A stretch of DNA of 64,000 bases from positions 1 through 64,000 of the forward strand of contig ML978142.1 in the NCBI GenBank assembly GCA_010015805.1, given 5' to 3'. The notes beneath the pieces were generated by a model. That model was given only the letters and a program-made list of their open reading frames with translations. It did no database searches and was not told the DNA's origin. Within the stretch, counting starts at the first letter, position 1. Each line of letters starts with the position of its first letter. This DNA comes from Rhizodiscina lignyota (Eukaryota). Positions 25,043-36,941 of the stretch are shown piece by piece. Made by a program: the position numbers and the translations under genes.

Positions 25043-25674
25043 ATGGCGTCAAACTCACAATCTCAGGCCTCGACAAACTACAAAGAAGCCTTCGCCCTCT
25101 TCGACAAGCGCGGCAACGGTCGCGTCGCGATCGACTCCCTCGGCGACTTGCTGCGCGCATGCGGACAGAACCCGACATTGGCAGAGATTAGCGAGTTGGA
25201 GAAGACTGCTGGTGGGGACTGTGAGTGACATTCGAGGCGTTGTTGACTGCAATGTGGATAGATATATCTGGTGGCAGACAGACAACTGTGCAATCCTCTC
25301 GGAAAGAAGCACACGAGGCTAACATTACTATTGTAACAGTCGACTTCGACACATTTTCCCGGATCCTCAACCGTCCAGGGGGATTCCGCGACCCTGGCGA
25401 GCCAGAGGAGTACTGCAGAGGCTTTCAGGTGTTCGACAAGGACATGACGGGCTTCATTGGCGTTGGTCAGCTGAGATACAGTACGTATAATGTCTTCATC
25501 GAGTAAACAAGTGGAGTCAGTGAGCATATGGCTAATGTCACCGTTATCACAGTCCTCACGAATCTGGGCGAGAAGATGAGCGACGAGGAGGTGGATGAGC
25601 TGCTCAAGGCAGTGGACACTAGCAGCGGAGAGATCAACTACACAGATCTGGTGCGCACGATCCTCGCGAACTAG
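25043..25674 (+). CDS. MLC1: Myosin essential light chain (Cdc4/Mlc1 family, EF-hand), exons 25043-25220, 25340-25480, 25553-25674
   Basis: [79 protein letters not shown]. Confidence 0.93.
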
Positions 25675-26624
25675 AGGAGGATGCAGCTTTCGAAAGCTGT
25701 AAGACGGTGTTTGGAGATGTTGATACCACGAACGAATGAGCAACTTTGGCACATCACGGCGTCACGGAGGGTTGGATGGGTGAGCTTGTTCGGTTACAGC
25801 GTTGTACTACTTGCAGAGGGTCGATATGAATGAAAACAACGTTCGAGTCTCCCACTCGGTGTTTCATAAAGAGCCCCATGCTCCAATGCTTTCGACGATT
25901 GATTAGATGTATAGCTAGGAAGACACAGTGAGCCATATGAGCACTGCATTGGTCTTTTAGGAGCACGGTTGTTCTGAGCGACATGCGCCTCTACGGCGTT
26001 GATCAAGGCTACCAATTCCCAAGAAGCTGAATTACCTATATCATCCTCGAGACAGTAGTAATCGAGAACGGTACCAGACTATTTCCGCGTTGTGAGGCTC
26101 TGCTCGGCCATTCATCACCAGCTCTGCTCGGCAAACGCCGGTGAGTTGTTCGCTGGCCGAGTCGGCCTCTCCGACCAACGATCATCGGCAAAAGACCTGC
26201 AACCTCGAATCACCACCTACCCCTCCAACAACATCCACGCTTCTCGCCACCCCTTTGCCTTTCTTGCTCCTGTACACCCTGAAATAGCTCCTGCAATTTC
26301 CAAGCAACGCTCTGCCGGGAGACAAAACGCAGCTATCCGTTCCGGTGGAGCGTGTTCCCAAGATCTTTGGTGACTTGCACGCACCAATTCAGCTACCTAC
26401 ACAACACTGAAGGGTCCACACCTTCACTCTTCATACTCGCACTTTCTCCTGCTCACACCTTCCACGACCACAACATCGCACAAACAAACACCTTCTCGCA
26501 ATTTGCTCAGGCGTTATTGTGTAATTGTCACAAGCAGCAAATCGCGTCGCACGAGCTACACCTATCGGGCGCTTAGACCCTCCTCCACTCAACGCCCAAA
26601 ATTTCACACGCAGCGAACCACCTC

Positions 26625-28810
26625 ATGACGCGGACCACGTCGCGTCGGCACGAATCCCCGCAACCTGCAGCTGAACCCCTTCCTCCTGCCGCCAGCATGG
26701 CTTCAGACCCAGACACCGAACAAGCGGTGTCGCAAGGCCAAGAGCACGAACAGGAGATCGACGACGTCGAGAACAGCGAGGAGATCAGGAGACAGCTGAA
26801 GAACACTACGATCGCACCGACGATGGGCACCGCGGCCATGGTAGTTGAACAAGACAGGGAAGCATCTACGGATGCTCCTGTGAGCTCTGTGCCTGCGGGT
26901 GCGGAGAATGGAGATAACGTTGAAGGCGAAGCACAAGATCAGGGTGAGGCTAGAGGCCGCCTAAGGAAGAAGAGGAGTATTGACGAGGTGGAGGCCGAGA
27001 TCGAAGACGGCGAGGGAGAGAAACAAGGCAAGCAAGCTAGGAAGAGATCGAGAGATGGCGAAGACGGGGACAAGGAGGAGCAGTCGCGTGACGTTGGCGA
27101 TAACGTGTTGGACGCGTCTGCCACCGCAACCATGGACACGGGCAAATCCATACCTACGGAGTCGGCGAATGGAGGCCTCAAGAACAGGCCTGAGACACCA
27201 GATGTCACGATCGGTGATGAGGAGATGGACTCGGTGACAAGTCCGAAGAACAAACGCACGCGAGATCAGTTCCTTCAGGAGTCGGACAAGGCCGCAGAGT
27301 CGGTCGATGGCAGCGAGGACAAAGAAGATGAGGCTGCCGAGAGCAGTAAGCCTGCGAAGCGAGCACGCGACAAGAGCAGCCCACAAGCCGAAGGTGACGT
27401 CCCTGGTGACATCACTGAGAAGGTGGAAGAGAAGAAGGAGCTCAAGGTAAGCTCGATCATTCACCTGAATGTCTGATTGCTTTGTGCTAACGTTCATATC
27501 TAGATGCCATCCTCATCAGGCTTTGCAAACGCCTCCGCTGTCTCGCCATTCGGATCTCTTACGACCGTCACATCCCCCAAGTCACCATCCTCCCAGCCTC
27601 AGACTTCTACATCTGCCTTCGCAGCTTCTGCTTTCGGCAAGCTTGCTTCTGGCTCTGCGTCGCCTTTCGCAGCAACAGGAGCTTCTTCATCCGCGAGTCC
27701 TTTCGGAGCGCTTTCATCCACTACGAAGCCTACCCTCTCGTCCTTTGGTGATGCAGGAGCGTCGTCCAAGACTACTCCCAGCGCATTTGGCGGCTCACTC
27801 GGCGCGACTAGTGGTGCAGGCTCTCCATTCGTGCCCACCAAACCTACTTCAGTACTCGGCGCGTCGACATCGTCCACCTCTGGATTCGGCACACTCGGAA
27901 GTTCTAGACTCAACAGCGGTGGTTTTGGCAGTGGCTTCGCTGCCGTCGCTAAGCCCGGAGGTGGACTGACGTCCTTTGCGACTCCTGGTGCTACCGGCAT
28001 TGTCGGCCTGAGCAACAAGCCTGCTCTTCCCTTCGGGGCCAAGGCTGACGACGACGCGGATGAAGAAGAAGACGAGGAATCTGACGGCGAGGAAGGCGAG
28101 GAGAAGGACAAGGAGAAGAGGGAGGGGATCAAGAGCCCCGTCCCCACCGAGGAGAAGAAGGACAGGAGGTTCTTTGAGCAAACAGGTGGGCGTTCCCTTT
28201 CCATCACATTTCCACATTAGAAGCTATAAAGTCGATCCTAACTAGACCGTGTGACCAGTACTGAGCGGAGAAGAGAACGAGATGACCATATTCTCATGTC
28301 GGGCCAAGCTGTTCGTCTTCACGACGTCGTCAACCTCACCGGAGAAGAAGGAGTGGAAGGAGCGCGGGGTGGGCACGCTGAAGCTAAACGTGATGGAGGA
28401 GCAAGAGACGGAGAACGAAAACGCAAACGAGACGAGCGACCCGCTTCACTCTACGCAATACTCAAAGCCGACGCCCTCACCGACTACTTCCCAGAGCCCA
28501 AGCAACAGCCTGTCAAGGGCCCGATTAGTGATGCGCGCGGACGGCTCACAGCGGGTTATCCTAAACAGTCCGGTAAACGCAAAGCTAAAGTTCGGTACAG
28601 CAGATGGCCAGAGGCCGACGTCCGGCACGGTGCTGTTCCAAGGCATGTGGGAGGGGAGCTTGCAGCTGCTGACTCTAAGGGTGAGTGACTTACATTTGTT
28701 TACACGTATTGTGTACTAGACCTTATGCTAACTATCTGTAGATGAAGCAGCAGTTCGCGGAAGAGCTCTGGGATCAAGTCTCGCACTTGAACCAACAGGG
28801 TACAAAGTAG
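26625..28810 (+). CDS. RanBP1-domain nuclear protein (Yrb2/Hba1/Nup56-like); exons about 26625(or 26697)-27446, 27504-28185, 28259-28680, 28742-28810
   Basis: Acidic N-terminus with basic NLS clusters (RKKRS, RKRSR) and an FG/Ser-rich middle. RanBD motifs SGEENE..RAKLF, WKERGVGTLKLN, RLVMRADGSQRVILN. Confidence 0.88.
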
Positions 28811-29189
28811 CTTCGTGGTCGGAGCAGGTGGAGGTGTTGAAGGAGGTGGCTGAGCGATATCCGGACGTGGAGTTTCTGACGACGACGGCGGAGGATCTGT
28901 ATCTCCGTAAGAAGCAGATGGAAGATGCGGACGAGTTGATGAGGGACGCGGATTGGGAGGCTTTCGAGCAGCAGTTGACTTTTGGGTTAGTAAACCGGGA
29001 TCGGCATAGGCACGAGCAATTGAATAGTATATATATCCCCCATTGGATTAGGAATTGCCAAAACGGAATGGTACTGATATGTTTGTGTCTCCTTTTGTGC
29101 TCATGCGAGGTTCAAGTGGATGATGGATTCAGCTGTGAGGAGAAGATTGTTTGAGGTATCGTGGTGAGAGTGGACTTCTGTTGGCCCCA

Positions 29190-29880
29190 TTTCCGAGAAT
29201 CGAGCGCCCGAGTGCGGCTTCGAATAGACGTATTTTAATGTCGAATTCGTAGCAATTCATCTATACAATTGTCGAAGAATGGACGGTCTGACTTGGTATA
29301 GAAACATCGAACGTGTTCGGGAGAAACAGCTGTGACTAGTGGCTCTTCCACATATCCAAACTGATGGGTTAACCAAGTACATTCCGAGTAGACGTAATTC
29401 GATACAATTGCGGTAGAACGCGGCTCTTGATGTACTTAGGCGTTCCGAGCATGTTTATATCAAATATGAATGATTAATCTATCGCACAATTATAAGTAGC
29501 GGCGGTCTCAAGCATGCACCTTGTATTCTTCCGAGGGATACGCCTGATGAATGGTTCGCTCAAAATGCTTTCCTACTGTCTTGTGGTAGGCGGCTCCCGA
29601 CCATTTCTATGCTAATTAGCCAAACTGCTACACATCGAGTAGACGTACCTTGATATCGTATGCGCGTATCTCCTTGATCCAATGATAAAAGAATATGAGT
29701 CCGGCTTGAGATTGGAACTTCAAGCCTATCCGGGTAAAGTAGGGCTGATTAGCAGATGTCTTACCTTTCGAAGTTGCCCAGGTTCGCTAATACATCTGAG
29801 TAGACGTACGTCAGTATTGCTCGGGCGGCAATTCAATAGTATACTTGCAGAAGGAGAGAGTGTTATACTTACGGTCTAGC
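29190..29880. repeat. Degenerate repeat array (TAGACGTA x4, TTCCGAG x4, GCGGCT-like motifs)
   Basis: TAGACGTA at 29225, 29389, 29640, 29801. The first and last copies also share downstream GCAATTCA..TATAC..TTG..GAAG..ACGGTCT. Confidence 0.55.
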
Positions 29881-30145
29881 CCTCAACGATGCATGGCTTG
29901 AGCGAGAACAAGTATCGACAGCTTCATAGGGCAAAAGCAATTCGCTAAGTTGTGAGAGCTCGAGGGGAATCATTTCGATATCGAACCGGCTCGAATTGAC
30001 CGATTCAATTGTAGAGAAGGTGACATTTTATCTAGTTCCTTTAGTATCAAGCTCTCTTACACTACCATTATATACATTGTGCGGTGATGATGTCTGTGGC
30101 GCCGCACCTAACATCTCCCGACACAAGCGCACACCCATTGCTCTC

Positions 30146-31378
30146 TCAGACGTCTGCCCAGTCGTAAGACTGCAGTTCCCATTCGATCTCTGGACCGCCC
30201 CCAAACAGTTTGTACACCTTCGTCTTGCTCAAAAACCACAAAGCAGAGTCCCGTACCCCAAGGCCCAAAGCAGTCTGTGGAAACATTATCTGAGGAAACC
30301 CAGGTATGGGGTCTTCCATTTTCGTATAAATTGGGCGAAAGATCTCCTCGTATCGCTTCAGAGCCTGGGGGATATCACTGCTGCTCTGTATCCTTGACAG
30401 TTCTCCTGCCAGCATATAAGCACCCCCAATGGCTAGGGTCGTTCCGGAACCAAAGGTCGCCCAAGCTGCGTCTCCCAGTAAAACGGCCCGTCCATTCGAC
30501 CATTTTGGGAGCTTTACCTGAGCAGCACGGCTCATGTAAAAGTCTTCGGCATGGTCCATTGCCTCCAACACTCGTTTTGCCTCCCAGCCTGCATCATCAA
30601 AGTAGCTGTGCAACATCCGTTTCGTTTCATCTGCTCCTTTGTCCATAGCATCTTCGACAGTTGGATCGCGTCGCCCTCGTGCTGGCATTGTGATGCACAA
30701 GTATGACCCCATTGTCGAAGGGTTCCGGTGCGGGCGCTTCATGATGCAGAGACCTTTCCGCAGGTTGTAAATTTGCCACATTCTGGAATCGTCTGGTCGG
30801 CTCGGAATGCTGAAGAACGCATTGTACTGGCCCAGGAATTTATAGCCATCCTTGAGAATTTGCTCGTCCAGAATCATCGGCCGAGTGCTCGAAGTAGCTC
30901 CATCGGCGGCAACAACCAAATCGAAGGTGTCTTCCGAGCCGCCGGCGAAGGTCACATTGATATCACTGTCTGTTTGTTTGAGAGAGGTGATTGGATCGCC
31001 ATACACGTACTTGATGTTGTCAGAAGTCTCAGTAGCCTCCAGCAAAAGTCGTGACAGGTCTCCCCTCAGGATCTCGTATTGAGCAGTGAAATTCTCACCA
31101 GCTCCAAACTGAGCAATGGCCTTTCCGGATGAATCCAAAAATGCAGTGCCCTCCTCTGTAGTGTAACAGGAGCGAACGGCGTCCAGCAAGTTCATTCTCT
31201 TGAGAATTTCAATGGCTGAACCATGAATGTCGATCGCCTGGCCCGTGACCCTTGGAGTGCGTGATCGTTCAACGATTGTGATTGATGTTCGAAGCCGCGT
31301 CCTGGCAAGCCAGTATGCTAGACAAGGGCCTGCAATGCCCGCCCCTGATATAAGAACTTTCAAATGGGGTGTAGACAT
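30146..31378 (-). CDS. FAD-dependent monooxygenase (FAD_binding_3, class A flavoprotein hydroxylase)
   Basis: Intronless 410 aa: ISGAGIAG, VER, GQAID, ILRGDL, VAADG, LLGDAA, GTTLAIGGAYMLAGEL. Confidence 0.92.
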   Translation of the reverse strand: MSTPHLKVLISGAGIAGPCLAYWLARTRLRTSITIVERSRTPRVTGQAIDIHGSAIEILKRMNLLDAVRSCYTTEEGTAFLDSSGKAIAQFGAGENFTAQYEILRGDLSRLLLEATETSDNIKYVYGDPITSLKQTDSDINVTFAGGSEDTFDLVVAADGATSSTRPMILDEQILKDGYKFLGQYNAFFSIPSRPDDSRMWQIYNLRKGLCIMKRPHRNPSTMGSYLCITMPARGRRDPTVEDAMDKGADETKRMLHSYFDDAGWEAKRVLEAMDHAEDFYMSRAAQVKLPKWSNGRAVLLGDAAWATFGSGTTLAIGGAYMLAGELSRIQSSSDIPQALKRYEEIFRPIYTKMEDPIPGFPQIMFPQTALGLGVRDSALWFLSKTKVYKLFGGGPEIEWELQSYDWADV

Positions 31379-32121
31379 GGTTGTTTGCTGTCGGTTTGAA
31401 TATAGTATGTGAAGCGAATTGATGTATCAGACGTGGAGAGCATATAAAAACGGGGAGAGGAAGGCGGGAAAGCTTTCACGGCGCAGAAATATCATGGTAG
31501 CAGATGTAGGTTCCTTAAATATCGCTAGACTTTCTTGTTGAGCGGAATTCGAACGAGGTACTTCCCTTCAATCTCGGTCCTGTGTACTCCATAGAGACCG
31601 AAGGTGCTAAAAAGAGTAAGAGCTCGGGTGGTCTCAGAAAAGGGTGGTCGGCCATGTCGTATCTCAAAGCGCGCGAAAACACTGTTAGTGTTTGTACGTC
31701 GGAGTCAGGAGGTTCGAGATATGACCGATCGCCAAAAGGGGCAAGGGCTCGGGTGGCCGTAGAGGCTCGGTCCCGAGCGGCCAATCAGACATCATACTTT
31801 CGAACTTCGCCTGACGTCTTTAGATTCTCATCATGATCTAAGGACAATCTTACGACGCTGTCGTAATGGCTCTGACTCACTAATAGCATTGACAGCTTCA
31901 GTGATTGTCCTGGAATATCTTGTCGAAGCCAGTATTTGTTGCAGCTCCGATACGTCGACGTAAACATTCCACCCAAGCTGCCTGCATACTCGCCGCGTGC
32001 ACATCACCACTGCTGTTTACCTGCCAGGAGTTCTTCATGCTTTATTTTCACTGGAGCTCATCTACACTATCGCTTTATTTTTGTTTTTCACCTACATTGA
32101 TATTGCAGTTTTCTACTCACC
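31379..32121. promoter_or_regulatory. Divergent promoter with CGG-based candidate Zn2Cys6 sites
   Basis: Direct repeat GCTCGGGTGG at 31622 and 31747. Inverted repeat GCTCGG-TC-CCGAGC at 31765-31778. Confidence 0.5.
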
Positions 32122-34561
32122 ATGAACCCTTCATCATCGCTGGGTATATCACCAACAACATCCACCTTCGCTTGCGTACGCTGCTCTGAGCGGAAAGTCA
32201 AGTGCAACAGGCAGAATCCATGTAGTGCCTGTACCAGGCACAAGGTGCAATGCATTTTTCGTGCGCCAAAGCCACCCCGAAGGAGACGAAAGCTCTCCAG
32301 AAACGAGCTATTCGACGAGCGACTGAAGCGCTATGAAGTATTGCTTCTGGAGAAAGGCATCGATCCTAATCAAGTCACGGACACTTCAAAATCTCAAAAC
32401 CATGACAAGAGTAGTTCCGCTGGGGTGCCTCAATACGTCTGGCAATTTCCGACAGCCTCAACTGATTCTACACCACAAGAAACAGTCTTCAAGCCCTTGC
32501 TATTACATGGACAGCAAGGTACAAAATTCGTGGACAAGTAAGCAACATCCAATTGCTTCTGACAAATGAAGCTAAGCCTCCAATAGCAGCTTGTGGCAGA
32601 GGGTAGTAGAGGAGGTGTGTGATCCGTCGCCTGGCTATTACAGACTCCATGACTCTACAACTGGATCTGTGCGCGAATGCTAACGGCATAGTCAGATCCA
32701 AGATCCTGAAGAAGCCCTGAAAGAAGAACCGGCGAATCATTTAAGCGGCAATGGAATGCCTAACAATGATTTTACCTATGTTCTTGACTGGAATCCGCCC
32801 ACTCCTAGACCCTCGCACCCTCCCGCCGATCATATTTACCGACTATGGCGCATATTTACTGAAAGGGTCGATCCTCTCATGAAGCTGATCCATGTACCGA
32901 GTTTGCAGTCCGCTATAGAGAAAGCCGTCATCAACATCGAAGACATCCCAGCGGGCTTCGAGGCGCTCATGTTCGCCATATATAGTATGGCCGTTCTGTC
33001 GCTTACGGAGGACGAATGCACAGAGTTTCTACGAGAAACGCGAGCGATAATGCTATCGTCTTTTGTGGCAGCTACGAAAGCAGCCTTGTCGCGCGCTGGA
33101 TTTATGAGCAGCACCAGCATTGTTGTTCTGCAGGCACTGGTGCTTCATATCTTTTCAATCAGAGATACCTACGACCCACGTGCTGTGTGGAGCCTCACTG
33201 GGCTTGCTCTCCGTGTTGCAGAGGGTATGGGGATGCGCATAGATGGCACATTGCTGGGACTATCACTCTTTGAAACCGAGATTCGCCGACGAGTCTGGTG
33301 GCAGCTCAGAATGCACGACTTCCGCGCGGCAGAGCTTGCTGGGCAGGCCAAGTTTCGAGACTTCGAAATCGATGAGACTACGCCAAAGAAGCCCGCCAAC
33401 GTCAATGACAGCGATCTGTCTCCTGTGATGCGGCAAGCTCCTCCTGAATCGACGAAACCCACTGAGATGACGTGGTGCGCGTTGAGATCAGACCTGGCTA
33501 CATTTGCTCATACCCAAATGGCCAGAATGCGCAAAAGAGGCAAAGCCGGGCTCGCTTCTGAGGAATATGCAGCTTTAGATGACTTACAATTGAAAGATAA
33601 GAGTATCAAGGAGATGGAAGACTTGATTGAGACAAAGTACTTGCGATTCTGCGACCCGTCTCAGCCACTACACTTAATGACCCTTCTTGGCGCTCGGCTT
33701 TCATTAAACCTCGTCCGATTCCAAGCTCATCATCCACGCAGATGGGCTAAACTGGAACATGTCTCAGCGTCTGAGCAGGAATTTGTCTGGGGCACAGTCC
33801 TCCAACTCCTGGAGCAATACAACATGTTGCAGTCAAACCCTCAGCTCCGACGCTTCGCTTGGAATACACCTTACTTCATCCAGTGGCACGCTGTCATTCA
33901 TGTCCTCGACACACTCCAAGCCGATCCTCTCCGCTTGGATGCTGAGAAGGCTTGGGGACTCATCGATGCCCTGTACCAAAACAATCCCGATATGTTACTG
34001 AGCATCAACAAACCGATCGTCGCCGCGGTTGGGAACCTTTGTTTGAGAGCATATAGTGCTCGTGCCGGCGCTCTTGCGAAACAGAAAGGGAGACTTCCTG
34101 GTCCACCGGAATACATTAACAAGCTTCGGGAACTACGAGAAGTAGCCAAGGCAAGGGTAGAGGGGAGAATCGCAAGAAGCAAGGGACAAGAGGCCATTGG
34201 CGGCGAAGCAAGACTGACGAGAACGGAGGCCAACGTAACATGGCCGGATACGAATCCGAGACCAGTAGAAGCACGGGTTGAAGCTTCGCGGCAGCAGTAT
34301 CCGGTAGCAAAGCAACCGCCAAATCCTATTCCCGGAAGCACATTGACTCAAGACGATGCATTCTGGCTCAGTGATGCACTGGTCAATAGTAATATCGCTA
34401 GTGGAGCAGCTGAGATGATGAACCTGGATATGGATACCATCCTGGCCGAGGATTACTGGCTTGACACTTCCAATGGCGATGGCATTGACTGGGGGCAGTG
34501 GGATGCTTGGTTTGGCAACCCTGACCCAATGCGCTCAAATATCGGCACAGGGCCTAGATGA
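32122..34561 (+). CDS. Zn(II)2Cys6 transcription factor with fungal-specific TF domain (exons about 32122-32537, 32587-32614, 32696-34561)
   Basis: ACVRCSERKVKCNRQNPCSACTRHKVQC. Middle homology region VDPLMKLIHVPS, GLALRVAEGMGMRIDG, FETEIRRRVWWQL. Confidence 0.93.
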
Positions 34562-35265
34562 GCACTTGCTTGTACACTGGAAGACTGCAGATGCAGGCAG
34601 CTCAACGTCTCTTAGGAAAAGAAGCTGTGCGCATCTCCATGCGGATGAGAACGAGAGCACCGTGAACGGGATGAGACTATAAGACTGTTAGTAGGAGAAG
34701 TAGACCCCGGCCGAACGACGAAGAGATGGACCGGAGGATAAATGCCCGATAACACTGCAGCCACAAGACCGTATGCTTTCCTCCAAGGTATCGGCTGCTG
34801 TATCAGGCGGTATTAGGTAGTAGCAACGCCATTTCCATGTATTAAAAACTACCAATTCCCACAGAGAGCTTCCCTCAATCACTCATTAACATTTGTGATC
34901 TGTCACACCGCACCGTTCACGATATCCCAGATCTCACCTCTGTGTGCGAGGTTTCTTTAGCACCGACTCTTTCTCAACTACGACTTTAGCATGCTAGAAT
35001 TCACCAGTTGTTTATGCTAGAAGTGCAGATCTGCCGGTAGAAGATGACTTCCAAGGCAAGCGGTGTTATACCCGCAAGGCAGAGCAACGAGATGTTCTAG
35101 CTCAGAGTCTTGTAATAACCTTTGTAGCTCACGGGGAGAACACGAGAAACCGCACTAATACGCCTCCTGTCCACGTCATCGGGCGTTCAGACGCGTCATG
35201 AACAGCCAAGCGCCATGGCGCACACGCTCCTGCAGAGTATTAATTGCGGCGGCTCGATACACCCA

Positions 35266-35645
35266 ACCACATCTGGCTATTAACGCTCATTGAAATTGTT
35301 CATGTGTAGAGGAACAACTAACCACATCTGGCTGTTTATACTATCTGAAATTGCTTAGGTGTAGGGGTAGATCCGGCCACGTAAGGTTATTAACACTGAT
35401 GAAAGCTGTTTATGTGCAGAGGCAGTAGTGAGGTCGCTTCCTCCGATTTCAATACGTGGGCGCAGCAGAGCTCGAGCTGGAATCAACTTCTTTCGGCGAT
35501 TAACGCTGATTGAAGTTGTTCCAGTGTAGAGGTATGGCCAACCACAGGCGGCTATTAACGCTACCGAAGCTGTCCGAACTGAGGGAGAGGACTGAGCTGG
35601 CTTCCTTCAATTTCAAACGCGTCGATGCAACATAGTTCGAGCTCA
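35266..35645. repeat. Degenerate tandem repeat with 55-bp period (about 5 copies) plus a second, duplicated unit of about 55-60 bp
   Basis: ACCACATCTGGCT at 35266 and 35321, and related units at 35376, about 35490 and 35541 (GGCTATTAACGCT..GAA.TTG..GTGTAGAGG). GAG.T.GCTTCCT..ATTTCAA...TCGAGCT at about 35430 and about 35594. Confidence 0.8.
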
Positions 35646-36941
35646 TGAAGAGTTTTCTTCGACTCAGCGATAGTATTGAAGAACTTCCATCAACAATGTC
35701 TGCGTCAGTGTCTTTGCTGAAGGCACGATACCTCAGGAGGACGTACGGACTGGAGTGATCGACCTAGCAAATATCCGCTACCGCAATACGAGTCCTTTCA
35801 GCCTCATCTACCCGCCGAACGCAAAGCTTGTACACATCGCCGAAGAGCCCCATCATCATATGGTAGCTTCTCCGAACCTTCCAACTGGCCCCATCTGCGA
35901 CCTGGTGGTCACGAACGTCGTGCAACGTCGCTCTCCCGCTCCATCTACTGCGACCCATTCTGCGACCCAACATCACCAACAGCATGCTAACGCCTGCAAA
36001 GACAGCGCTCTCGACGAGGTGTCCAATCACGAAAGAGAGTTCGGCGAATCCTGGCAGTGCCAACAGGGAGCTTGGACATTTGTGCCGTTGGATGGATCGT
36101 CATTCGCGCCACAACCGCCTACCTTACGCGCGCTTCCCATTAGGTCGGGAGCTTGAAAGAGGGATTGTTGGACATGGATGAAGTTGTAGACGCCCGGCGC
36201 CCAAGTGTAGACGCTGCGTGCGCGGAGGCTGAAGGTACGATGCAGCCTGGCGGCCTCTCGTAGGGCCGACAGATCTAGATGGTTCTTATATATCGACAGA
36301 GTAGAAATCCAAATTGATTATCTCACTATCTAGCATCGAGGAAAGGTTGCAAGTGCGGGCAAATCCCCCGCCAAACCTAGTGCACATCCGCATCACATCT
36401 CTTGGCCGCGCATTCGTCACACCAGCAAACAGCATTGCCGCCCGACTTAAGCGACCGACCACTCCACAATCGCCAGCGCCTCTCCTGAATCTGTTTTCTC
36501 CCCTTTACAAAGTAATTCACTCCGCTGAAGAGGCCACAGGCCTGACACCATTGCCGCAACATCCCTTGGACTGTACGACTCGCGGAGAACCGCCCCCATT
36601 CGGCGCTTAAGGCAGACCTACTTTACCTGCTACGGCCATAAACAACGTCCCTCGTCAGCGCAGCGGTACAAGGGTCACGGAATATCGATGCGGGCGGATG
36701 ATTTGACAAATTTGCGCGGCCAACGTCGGTGATCAAGAGTTGGGATTCTACTGTCGTGCGACTGGGCTTCAATTGTCGAGTGTGTGGAGCTTCGTTGCGG
36801 AGATAGGCAGCAAGCCTGCTCCACTAAAATTCGACACGTACAACTCCTCACAAAATACAACGACTTCCGAGTTATCACCACGTATCCGGAGCTTCTTCAT
36901 CATCAGAACTACAGCGCCTCGTGCGCATCGATACCTACACA

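Noticed and set aside
14176..34561. Secondary-metabolite biosynthetic cluster
   Set aside because: No PKS, NRPS, terpene synthase or DMATS backbone in the window, and housekeeping genes interrupt the block.
29190..35645. CRISPR-like reading of the two repeat arrays
   Set aside because: Eukaryotic context, degenerate repeats, irregular or self-similar spacers and no cas genes.
35755..36156. 133-aa ORF as a gene
   Set aside because: No ATG at its start, a stop shortly upstream and no family recognised; mentioned only alongside the repeat finding.
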